From the human T2T-CHM13v2.0 reference genome, Homo sapiens: a stretch of 64,000 nucleotides of DNA. This document shows, piece after piece, positions 53,060 through 64,000 of this stretch (positions within the stretch are counted from its first letter, which is position 1; every line of letters starts with the position of its first letter). The notes beneath the pieces were generated by a model that was not told the DNA's origin, searched no databases, and saw nothing but the letters and a program-made list of their open reading frames with translations. Location of the stretch: the NCBI RefSeq assembly GCF_009914755.1, contig NC_060942.1, one strand, 5' to 3'. A program made the translations under genes and the position numbers.

Positions 53060-53645
53060 AATATTATTCCGCCATAAAAAAAATGAAATCCTGTCATTTG
53101 CAAAAACGTAAATAGAACTGGAGAATGTTAAGTTAGGTGAGATAAGCCAGGTACATAAAGACAAATATTGGATGTCCTCTTTCACACATTGCAGCTAAAA
53201 AATAACATGAACTTGTGAAGATAAGGAATAGAATGATGGTTAACAGAGGCTAGGAAGGGTAGAAGGAAAGGGGGAACAAAGAGAGAATGGTACAAAATAC
53301 AGTTAAATAGAAGGAATAAGACCTAATGTTGTTTAATAAAATAGGATGACTATAGTTAACAATGGTTTATTGTATATTTCAAAATAACTAAAGAGTGGAA
53401 TTGTAATGTTCCTAACACAAAGAAATGATAAAGGTTTGCTATGATGGATTTCCCAGTTTCACTGATTTGAACATTATGCATAGTATGCATGTTTCAAAAT
53501 ATTACATGTACTCCATAAATATGTATGACTATTAGGCTGGTGCAAAAGTTATTGTGGTTTTTGCTATTAAAAGTAATATCAAAAATTAATATTACTTTTG
53601 CACCAACTTAATATTGTGTATCCATAATAATTAAAAAATTTAAAA
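53060..53645 (+). mobile_element. L1MA4/5-type 3' end inserted in opposite orientation
   Basis: gccataaaaaaaatgaaatcctgtcatttgc...tacagttaaatagaaggaataagacc...tgtatatttcaaaataacta. Confidence 0.85.
53532..53611. mobile_element. MADE1 (Hsmar1-derived MITE)
   Basis: 80-bp palindromic ttaggctggtgcaaaagttattg...attacttttgcaccaacttaa flanked by TA. Confidence 0.92.
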
Positions 53646-55959
53646 AGTGTTTTATTATAATATAATGTGCTTCAAGAAGTCAAAACTTTGGGTTAAATCT
53701 GTATGAGGTCCTGTGAATTTCATTTAACTTCTTGTTCATATCCCTCCCCAGATTTGGAAAGTTTTTATTCATTATTTCTTTAAATAAGCTTTCTGCCACT
53801 TTTCATCTCTCTTCTCCTTTTGGAATTTCATGTGAATACCATTTCACTTGATGATGTCCCATAATTTACACTGGCTTTCTTCTCTATTTTAAATTATTTT
53901 TCTCCTCTGACTGAATAATTTGAAATCACCTGTCTTCAAGTTCACAGATTCTTTCTTTTGCTTAATTCTGCTTGATGCTTTATATTACATTTTTCATTTC
54001 ATTTATTGTATTCTTCAGGTGTAGAATTTACATATGGTTCTCTTTTTATAATTTCCACATTTCTTTTGAACTTCTCATGTGGCTTTTGTATTGTTTTCCT
54101 GATATTGTTGATTTCTCTATTTGTGTAGTCTATTAGATTTAAAACAATTATTTTGAATTTTTTGTTTGGAAACTCATATATCTCTATTTTGGGGTTGATT
54201 ACTAGAAAATTATTGAATTCCTTTGTTGATACCATGTTTCTTTTACTTTTTATGTTTCTGGTAGTCTTCCACTGATGCCTGCATATTTGAAGCTGAAGAA
54301 ACAGTCACCTCTTTTAGACTTAAGGACAATTTTGGTGGATAAAGGCCTTTAACTTCAGGTGGGATGAGGCCACCAACGAGATGAAATGTCGCACTTACAG
54401 CTCTGAGGATGGCCTGACAGTGTAGTCTCCATGCATCTCTGTTACCTGAGATCAGCATTAGAGAAGATTGTAGAAGTCTTCAAAAGCCAAGACTCTGAGT
54501 GTTCACAGTACCAGCAAAGGCGCTAGAAATCTTTGGTGGCAAAGGCTCCTAGGGCCCTCCTGATTTCTTTATCTCCCATTGAGGATATTGTCACTCTTGG
54601 TGACAGGATCAGATCGTGGGCACCTTTGCGGTGGTGGTAGCACTACTGTCTGATGCATGAGTGCTTGTAGAATGACCATGGATATGGGATTTGGAGCATG
54701 GAGTTCATGGAATGGCAGTCTTTCTGGGATCTAGAATTCTGGCTAGCTCATGATAGCACTGCTTCTGATGGCTGAGACGTAAGTATGCATTTGTCAGCTA
54801 CAGTCCCAGGTGTGGAATACTTTCTCGTGTAGATCACCTGCAGATTCAGGGTCTGGAGCTGAACATACACAATGCAGCTGTGGTCTTGGGATCTGGAGCA
54901 TAGAAATAGTTGTAGGAAGTTGGCAGCCATGCTCCCAATGTGATGGGACAGCAGATCCTTCTGGAGGTGGTGGTGGTTGTGCAACAGTGTCTCTTTCTCC
55001 AGGGTGTCTATAATTGCTATGGCTGTTGGTGACTTCAGTGGTGAACGCTGCTTTTGCCTCTGCAGAGCAGGTCCCTGGAGTTGGTGCCGATGAACACTAT
55101 AGCTTCCACTGCAGTGAACGCTGTAGGCATACACTGTTGTCATAGGAAATTTTGAGGTCCTTAACAGCAAAGGCTGATAAAACTCTCAACAGAAGACCAC
55201 TGGGGAACACAATGGCAGCTGCCTCATGGCTGATCCAGATAACCCCCACCTTTTTTCTATGTTCCTAGCCATTTTTCCATGTGTCTCTGCCAGGGCAATA
55301 TCTCCAGAAGAATCCCTGTGTAGTTATTCTTCCCTTTATTTTTGCTCCATTGTCTTTCTATAGGTTCTTAATTGGACTGTTGAGCCATCCCATAGTTATT
55401 TTTGTTCATGGATGGCTGTATAATTGGTTTTTCATTGGGGCATGCAAATTATTTCCTATGCCACCATCTTGATGATTTCCTTGATGAAATTAATTTCCTT
55501 TTTAAAAACACATATAATATCTTTATATTTTTAGGAGAGGATATTTAAGACAATAAGTCAAAGATATAGCCAATATTGTCCCATTTCACAACCCTTTGGT
55601 GGTCAGTCCACATTCTATTTTTCAGCAATTACACAGGGTATAAATAAATGTCTCCCCTAAATGAAAGTTTTGGTTCTGATAGCCCACCACCAACAACATT
55701 CTCCATATGCAAGCATCAATATACTCTCATGTTCCTTTTTGTACAGTGCTAAGCAAAGTATCATCAAGGAATGCCAGAAAATCACCCGTCTAACAGATTA
55801 TTTCCCTAAGCCCAACTTATAAAGTCTTGAACCAGTATTGAGAGTTGTCATCTCTTTTAAAATAGTTAATAATTAAAAATATTCGTGGAACATAAGCATA
55901 GAAATTATTTTTAGAAGGAGATACAGAATATAAGCAAAAACAGTATTTCAAATAAATAA

Positions 55960-57170
55960 CAAAATAATTTATCTTATAAAAATATATTAAAAAGGTGATA
56001 GTTGAAGTAACAGTCACAAGCTACCAAAACTGGCTCGAGAAGAAGTAGAAATCTAAATATCCTTACATCCATTGAGTTGATTGACTTGTTAATAAAATTC
56101 TACCCACAGTAGAACTCTAGGGTCAGATAACTTTCACTGTGAATTCTCTCAAATATTTAAAGAAGAGATAATACTAACCTTAGAAAAATAGAGCGTGATT
56201 CAATTCATTTTATAAGGCTACTGGGTTAGTCCATTTTCATGCTGCTGATAAAGTCATACCTAAGACAGGGCAATTTACAAAAGAAAGAGGCTTATTGGAC
56301 TTACAGTTCCACATGGCTGGGGAGGCCTCACAATCATGGCAGAAGGCAAGGAGGAACAAGTCACATCTTATGTGGATGATAACAAGCAAAAAAGAGAGCT
56401 TGTGCTGGGCAACTCCTGTTTTCAAAACCATCAGATCTCGTGAGACCCATGCACTATCATGAGAACAGCATGGGAAAGACCAACCCTATGATTCAATCAT
56501 CTCCCACCAGGTCCCTTCCACAACACATGGGAATTATGGAAGCTACAAGATGAGATTTGGGTGGGGACACAGAGTCAAACCAGATCAGCTACTAGAGCCC
56601 TGATACCAAAACCAGATGAAAAAAATTACAAGAAAAGACAATTTCATACTAATCTTGCCCATGAACATAAATAGAAAATTTGTCAACAAAACATTAGCAA
56701 ATCAAATTTAAAAATCTGTGTCAAAGATAGTATACCATAATAAAGTTTACCTATGAGTTTACGCCAGGAATAAAAAGATTGATTTAACACATGATAATCA
56801 ATGAATATAATTCAGCATGATAACAGATTAAAAGACCAAAACGACATAATTATAGTAATATCTGCAGCAAACATAGCTCAAAAAAGACAGTACACATTTA
56901 TAATTTTAAAAATCTCAGCAACCTATAAGTTGAAGAAACTTCCTCCAATAATTAGTATTTAGAAAAAAAAATTACTATGTAAAACAATTAGTATCCAGAA
57001 AAAAAAAACAAATAGCACACTTAGTGGTAAAATATTTAATGCTTTTCTGCTCACATCTGGAATAAGACAAATATGTCTCTCACCACTTCTATTAAACATA
57101 TTACTGGAAATCTCAGCAAGCATCAACCCCCCACTGCCAAAAAAAGAAAAAAAGAAAAAAGAAAAACTCA
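55960..57170 (+). mobile_element. Old L1M ORF2 (RT region) remnant, split by THE1
   Basis: caattcattttataaggcta|ctagagccctgataccaaaaccaga...caacaaaacattagcaaatcaaatt. Confidence 0.75.
56222..56587 (-). mobile_element. THE1B/C solo LTR
   Basis: THE1 sequence ttagtccattttcatgctgctgataaag...gtggggacacagagtcaaaccagatca; exact 5-bp TSD gctac at 56217-56221 and 56588-56592. Confidence 0.93.
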
Positions 57171-57479
57171 CAGCATAATGAATAGACCTGAACATTTCAC
57201 TATGTGTAAATTTTGTCTCAATTGAAAAAAAAAAAGATGGGATTGAATATAGAACAGAATAACCTCAGAAAAAAATAAAAATAATGAAATTGAACATTAC
57301 AGTAAATGGAAAACAATTTAAAAAACCCAACAGAATCCACAATTTAAAACATGGTGGAGAGATTTTAAGAAATCAATATCCAATTAAAAAATAATCAAGT
57401 ATAATTTAAAAATTATTATTAAAAGACACACAAATATCTCCATGAATTTAATTGTTTTGGTTTTTAGATCCCAAAAATT

Positions 57480-57635
57480 ATACTTGTCTCTCTGTGCCTG
57501 GTTTATTTCACTTAGCATAATGACCACCAGTTGCATCCATGTTGTCGCAAACGATGGGATCTCATATCATTCTTTTTTATAGCTTAATGGCACTCCGTTT
57601 TGTATAAGTACCACATTTCCTTTATCCATTCATCA
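57480..57635 (-). mobile_element. L1MA 3' fragment
   Basis: ctgtgcctggtttatttcacttagcataatg...taccacatttcctttatccattcatc. Confidence 0.8.
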
Positions 57636-58499
57636 GCACAAAAACACTCATATCCTCCCTTATGTTCACTGATATATTCCATTGCCCAAGAAAAACTGAC
57701 TATCATAACTAACATCCTGTTCCTGTGTTTAAAGTCTATAGGAAGCGCTGTGTGGTCTGGTAGGCAGAAAAGGTGAAAGAATGACAAGGGAAAAATCTAT
57801 GCTGTTGCATTTTTCTATTGCAAACCATAAAGCTGGAAAAATAATATCAAGAGTGAGTGATTCAAACATTTATATAAAGCAAATTACCCTTTAGGTAAGA
57901 AGACAAAACTACATATTCTCAAGCAAGTAAGCAACAAGCTTCTTACCAAAAATACTGCAACAAAAATCCAACAATACTGTATTACTTAAACTTTCTTATT
58001 TTTGGCTCTATCAATAGACACAAGCCCTCTCAAAATAATCCATTATAGGTTAGATTTTTTTAAATCAATACTTTCAGTAGACTATTCTGTGTACAGTAGC
58101 TCTTCCTCCATCCTGTCATAAAGAAACAGCACCACTCATGATACCTTGGCAATATCCATTACATTAAAAAATACAATTTATATGATCGCTTTTATCATTT
58201 TTGTAAAATTATGTTTGTATTATCCATTGTAATTGTTTTTAATAGGAAATATCTGGTATACAATTCATATGTATCCTACATTTTGGTAAGCGATGGACTT
58301 TATGATGGCTTACAACATTAAAGTTGTTGCTGTGAAGATATAAAAGCAGCAACCAGAATCAGTTCAGAGGATAAAAAAGAAAATCAGGAAAAACTTCCTA
58401 TTGATAAATTGAGTTTAGTGGTTAGTGTATTTTGTTTTAGATATTTACAGCCATTTCAAGAGCTTTGGTAGACCTAACACATAATTTAACTCAACCTTA

Positions 58500-59810
58500 T
58501 CATCTAACACCAAACATAAATACCATTCACAATAGCATCTAAAAACATCATGTACTTATATATTGAGAAATTAGTGAGCCCTTTACACTGAGAACTTTAA
58601 AACCTCACTGAAACTAAAGATGGCCTAAATATATGAAAAGAAGTCCTGTTAAGATATAAAATTGTTATATTTTTAATACATGAATTTTCCAAAACTTGAT
58701 CTATAGATTCAATACAAGCTATATTGAAGTAACTTCCAGTTATTATGATATTTAGCACTAACCCTATATGGCTTATTGTCCCTGCTCTGTCATTCAAACC
58801 CTATTCAGAGGAGTATATCCCATGATTTCACAGGTTTCCTTTACACGGATAATTCTCCCATGATTCTGGGTAACTTTAATCTCCACAAAAGTAAATTCTC
58901 TTAACACACGGTAATGATTCCTTGGCAGGCATTCACATCATCCTTCCAGCACATCACTCTCATAACCAAACCAAAAAACATGTTGTCTGACATTGTTTCC
59001 TCCTTGATATTGTGAAAAGGATATGTGAGGGTGTGTGTTTGTGTGTCTGCAAGTGCATGTATAAAATTGAATCATGTTTGAATGCAGAGAAATTATAAAA
59101 TTCAGATGGGTATAAAAATAATTATTTAAACATTGGAACCCAGGGATAACTACATCCAAAATAGGTAGGTGAGTGATAGAAGGTTGGATAAATGATGAAT
59201 GATAGATAGATGGATATGATCTGATAAGATTTTTAACTTGTTGTCTTAGTGTCCTTATATAACCACCTCCCTTGAATGTACTATCCTGTAATATTGACTG
59301 CAGGTGTGTATTATATAACAGACTGATATTATCCTCTTTATATGCATTTTCTATTCTTTAAAATAATTACATTGTTGATATTTCAATCTTATTACATCTG
59401 TTATAAAACAATATATAATACTTTCATAATTAATATTCTATCATTAGATATTTAAAATGTTTTAAAATTTATAATAAAAATACTAGATGACACTTAATAA
59501 AATGCTTTGGCACATCTTTGATTTTTTTGTAGGGCACATTTCAAGATGTGAGTTGTCAAAATGTACAAAATTTTATATGCTTGCACACATTTGCAAATGC
59601 CTTTCAGAAAGGTTTTACACAAACCCAAGAAGAAAAAGGGACCATATTTTAGCACACTTAAGTCTTTACTAGTTCAACCAGTGAAAAGGTAGTGCATATT
59701 CCATTTAATTTACATTTAATTCTATTAGAGAAGGTAAACATTTAAATGAATACGTTGACATGTGTATGCATCATGTGTCATCTCTATTGATACATAATTA
59801 CACAATAGCA
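58500..59810. mobile_element. Degraded L1M fragments
   Basis: ataccattcacaatagcatctaaaa...gatctatagattcaatacaa (plus ORF2) and T-rich L1ME-like 3' pieces. Confidence 0.45.
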
Positions 59811-59825
59811 ATTATTTTATTATAA

Positions 59826-60160
<335 letters not shown>

Positions 60161-60399
60161 ATTCATATTCTTTTTAATTTAAAAAATAAATGTAGGATTG
60201 GAAACATTTCTTACTCATTTAGAAAATTTTGTCTTTATTGAAATTATATTCTAAATAACACACATTTTATTTGTTTTCTTGGGATTCTTGAATCATAAAT
60301 TGGACCTTACATAAACTTTTTTTTCTGCAGTATTTTAAATCAAATTGCATATGTCCTGTCACTTCACCTGTAAATAGTATAGTATGATCTCTAAATGAT

Positions 60400-61130
60400 G
60401 AGGTCTTTTTCAGGACTTTGGTTTTGGTTCCCGGGAAGTCAAATCTAGGATGGAAACTTGGGTGCAGAATTTTTATCGGGAAGATATCTTGTGGGGAAAT
60501 GTAAGGAAATGAAGAAAGCAGGACTCCACAGAAGGAGAAGCTAACCTGAAGTGAAGTGACAGCTGATCCCAAAACTAATAGGATCTCTGAAGCTGGCCCT
60601 TCAGTGTTGTTCCAATTAGGCAAAGAAGATGGGACTTTTATGTCCATATTAGCCAGTCACTGGCTGCAGGTTGTTCCTTGGAAAAGGTGTACTTGGCCGG
60701 CCGCGGTGGCTCACACCAGCACTTTGGGAGGCCAAGGTGGGTCGATCACCTGAGGTCAGGAGTTCGAGACCAGCCTGGCCAACATGGCGAAACCCCATCT
60801 CTACTAAAAATACAAAAAATTAGCCGGGCGTGGTGCATGCCTGTAATCCCAACTACTCAGGGAGATTGATGCAGGGAGAATTGCTTGAACCCAGGAGGTA
60901 GTGGTTGCAGTGAGCCGAGATCGTGCCACTGCACTCCAGCCTGGGTGACAGAGGGAGACTCCATCTCAAAAAAAAAAAAAAAAAAAAAAAAAAAAGAAAG
61001 AAAGAAAAAGAAAAGGTGTATGTTTAAGCAAGGTAGTTCCCTGTTGCCCAGACAATATTATCAGCATCTCAAGGTGGTTGTACTAGCAGAAAAGAGGGAA
61101 CATAGGCAGAATACCACATCACTACTATAG
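60400..61130 (-). mobile_element. LTR16/LTR33-like ERVL LTR, split by Alu
   Basis: ggttcccgggaagtcaaatctaggatggaaacttgggtgcagaatttttatcggga...gcaggactccacagaaggagaagct. Confidence 0.6.
60695..61009 (+). mobile_element. AluS(x) with long A-rich tail
   Basis: Full dimer with a small left-arm deletion; TSD gaaaaggtgta at 60681-60691 and 61010-61020. Confidence 0.95.
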
Positions 61131-62760
61131 ACAAGCCCCTGCAGTGCTCAGATTTACCTACTTCTTACAGTCACTTATCCTTATCCTGTCTTGTTCTCAT
61201 TTTTGTGAAACTTAGAAGTGCTAGTGTGATAAATAACAACTCACGGTGCTCCACTGCATCTGGAAAATGCAACTGATTCTTATTATCCCTCGTCTCCATA
61301 ACCCATTCAAGATTCCCCCACCCTTTGTAGCATTCCTTTTAGTCCAGACACCTTGTGTATAAGATGACCAGATGTTCATTTTGGTTGTCATGCTCTTCTC
61401 AGTCTGTAGCTGCTATACTTACTGATTTACTATTAAAATGGGGCAACTGGCTGCAGGTTATTGTGTGAATGCTAATCATATACTCCCTGCCCTCATTGTG
61501 TAGAGGCAGCCCTGCCTTTCTTGATACCAGAGTATATTACCAGCAAGTATGGTGACAATTTCCTTGCCTGATGCTCTTTCAGCATGGTGAACCCAAAGTG
61601 AATAGATATTATCTATCAATCAAAATAGCTATCAAAGCTATTTTATTATGTATTATGTTAACAGCTATCAAAATAAATACCTATTATTTAAAGTTCCCTG
61701 GAACTCTTAAGGTCTTCTCTTCTAGAACTCATTCCACTCTGGGAACATGGACCTCTAGATGCACAGTGAAAGGAAGGGCAAATATCCAAGTCAGTTAAAA
61801 ATAGTGATGGTAAATGAGCCCATTCTTTCTTCCATCCTTTGATACCCAGACCTGTTTATTCTACCTATTGAGGACACAATACCATTCAGTAAAAATTAAT
61901 TTAAGGTATACATCACAGCTTGGTGGAGACTACCTTATTCTCACAAGGTGGCATATCTATTTTAGCCTATTAGTTTTGTCTTTAAGGAGCCATTCGATGG
62001 ACAGTGGTTTCTAGATTGTGGTTTTCAATAGAATCAGTGTATTCCAAGGTTAAGTGACCATTGTCACAATCATTTTGCTATAAAATAGATGGATTATTCT
62101 GGAGGGATATTACATAGCACCATGTGTGAACAGATTACTCTATATTCTTCATTTATTTACTTGACCAGAAGTAGACTTCTGGTCAAGGTCATAAAATAGG
62201 AAGGCAAATCTATAAGTTTTTCTGACATTTTGCCAGAAAAGCTTAACAAATAACTTTTGTTCTTCTATAACCAGGATATGTGCAATTCAATTTTAAGAGG
62301 AAACATTTATTTTCCCAGGAGAAGCAATCCAGTATCTTCAACTTGCCACCAATGTTAATTTCTCTTTTGCGTATGTTGTCATATCAGGTGCATAGCTTTG
62401 GTCCCTGTCAGGCGCATAGCTTTGGAAAGTTTGTCAATAGTTAGATCATCGTTGGAATGATAGATTAACTTGTGAACTCATGAACAGACTTCATCACTGC
62501 CACTGTGATCATTCTATTCATAAGCCTTTTTGTCACCGCTGGGATGACCAGCAAGAGACATTGATTTACTTCAACTGAGTCTTTCTTTTGTTTATTTGGC
62601 TGTGTTGCATGTCATTTTTAGTACATGCTTTCCCATGGTTTGAAACAGCATAAAAACATATTTCTGCTTGCTTCTCATTCTAATAGATACATCTTTATGT
62701 CTCTTACCCAGAGCTCTTTATCTCCAGTTTTCTAATCTTTCTACTTCCAAACAGCTAAAA
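61131..62760 (-). mobile_element. Degraded ERVL internal region (pol/dUTPase remnants) adjoining the LTR
   Basis: Contiguous with the ERVL LTR; antisense ERVL-like motifs (ccctcattgtgtagaggcagcc, caacttgccacca, catgctttcccatgg, ctccagttttctaatctttc). Confidence 0.5.
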
Positions 62761-63454
62761 AGCAGCATTTCAAATTTCAGATTTTTGAATTGGGGATACT
62801 CAACCTTTAAGAATATAATTAATGTTTACTTTTAAGTACTGTACTTAATTTGTCACATACCAGTGAAAAACGTTGGACCACCCTCAATTCACTGCTGTAG
62901 AGATTGCCAGTTTTAATTTACTTTATTACATTCATCTGGTGTAGTCCGACATGTTGCTCTATTCTTTTAAAATTTTCTGGAAGTTGATTGGTTGCACAGC
63001 CTTGCTCTGTTCCAAGTATGACATTTTGCCAGAAAAACCTAACAAGTAAGTTTTGTTCTTCTATCATGAGATATACAATGCTTAGGCAACTATTTTTTGT
63101 GTAGTTAGTAGCCATTGATATTCAGTATTTAGACCTTTCAATTTATCACAGTTGTAAAAAGGTTCACTCATTAATTTTAATTAATGATTCACTCATTAAT
63201 TTTAATTAATGAGAAATACTTCTGTAAGTTACTGTTTAGTTTGCCCAATGGTACATTTTTTTTACAATGATGTACAAGAAATGTTGAATTTATTTGTCTT
63301 ATAGACTACTTTTTAAAAATCATGAGTTGGTTCCCAGTTTCCTGAAAAGTTGAACAATTAGTTTATGTGCGTATAATAATGAATGAGTGGATTTAAATAG
63401 CTTTAAAATGGCTTGATCAATAGTATTTTATCTTTATTGAAGCCCAAAATATTT

Positions 63455-63771
63455 TATCTTCATTTATTTATCTCAGTTCTGCAGGCAGAAAAGTCCAAAA
63501 GCAAGGCATTAGCATCTGGTGTGGCATTAGCAAGGGCCTTCTTTCTGCATCTAAACATGGCAGAAGGACAAGCTCTGAAGCTTTCCTAATTCTGCATGAA
63601 ACCTGTTTTATAAGGGCCTTAATCCTATTAATAAGGAAGGCGCCTTCATGGCCTAACCACCTCTTAAATACTCTACTTCTTAATACTATCACATTGGCAA
63701 CCCCTGAATTTCAGAGAGAATTAACTTTCAACATGAATTTGGAAGGAGATAAAAGCATTCAAACCATAGCA
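63455..63771 (-). mobile_element. MSTB/C-like MaLR LTR
   Basis: cagttctgcaggcagaaaagtccaaaagcaagg...ttcaacatgaatttggaagg...cattcaaaccatagca. Confidence 0.8.
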
Positions 63772-63879
63772 CACTTCTTACTTTCTTCTTGGCCCATATC
63801 TAAATTCAGCCATTAATCCAAGAAGCTTTAGTTCTTTGGTGGGAAATCGTATTTCAAGATCACAACCAAAGTGGTAACA

Positions 63880-64000
63880 ATGCTCATTTATTCAATTCTA
63901 TCTGCAACTCTAATTCCCTTTTTCCAAGTAACATAACATATGCACAGATTCCAGGTATTAGGACATGGACATCTTCATGGGGCCATTATTCTATCACAAT
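63880..64000 (-). mobile_element. MLT1 LTR fragment
   Basis: aagtaacataacatatgcacagattccaggtattaggacatggacatcttcatggggccattattct. Confidence 0.7.

Larger units (their letters stand above)
51133..55470 (-). mobile_element. Internally deleted L1MA-type element (3'UTR, ORF2, ORF1 and 5'UTR pieces)
   Basis: L1MA tail ttgaggtgtaattgacaaac; antisense ORF2 gatttgcatgtattaaaccatcttgcatcccagg; ORF 53999-54235 resembles the L1M ORF1 N-terminus (EIYEFPNKKFKIIVL...REINNIRKTIQ). Confidence 0.75.

Noticed and set aside
53532-53611. 80-bp hairpin as pre-miRNA
   Set aside because: It is MADE1; the miR-548 family derives from such elements, but this copy has a degraded arm and the sequence gives no evidence of expression
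54748-55170. 140-aa minus-strand ORF
   Set aside because: Falls in the GC-richer old L1 5'UTR-like region; no recognisable domain

Overview
Very AT-rich primate genomic DNA, almost certainly human (AluY/AluS/AluJ and L1PA elements), that reads as gene desert or deep intron. No protein-coding exon, RNA gene, CpG island or CRISPR-like array can be supported. The ORF track is explained by repeats and chance, apart from a 147-codon L1 ORF1 remnant. About half the window is recognisable interspersed repeat: Alu, L1PA/PB/MA/ME, L2, MIR, MaLR/ERVL/ERV1 LTRs and hAT/Tigger/Mariner fossils, often nested. The most notable structure is a young L1PA2-4-type insertion at 32267-32985 inside an older L1. 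It has a 13-bp TSD, a perfect 30-bp fold-back palindrome at its 5' junction, and about 450 bp of non-L1 sequence ending in AATAAA + poly(A), i.e. a 3' transduction, possibly serial. Other oddities are a scrambled L1 with an open ORF1 coiled-coil frame, a perfect 59-bp tandem duplication, a ~187-bp dispersed duplication, several perfect hairpins and a few candidate conserved non-coding elements. I found no evidence for a new biological system. Repeat subfamily names are recognised from memory of consensus sequences, and boundaries are approximate unless a TSD is given.
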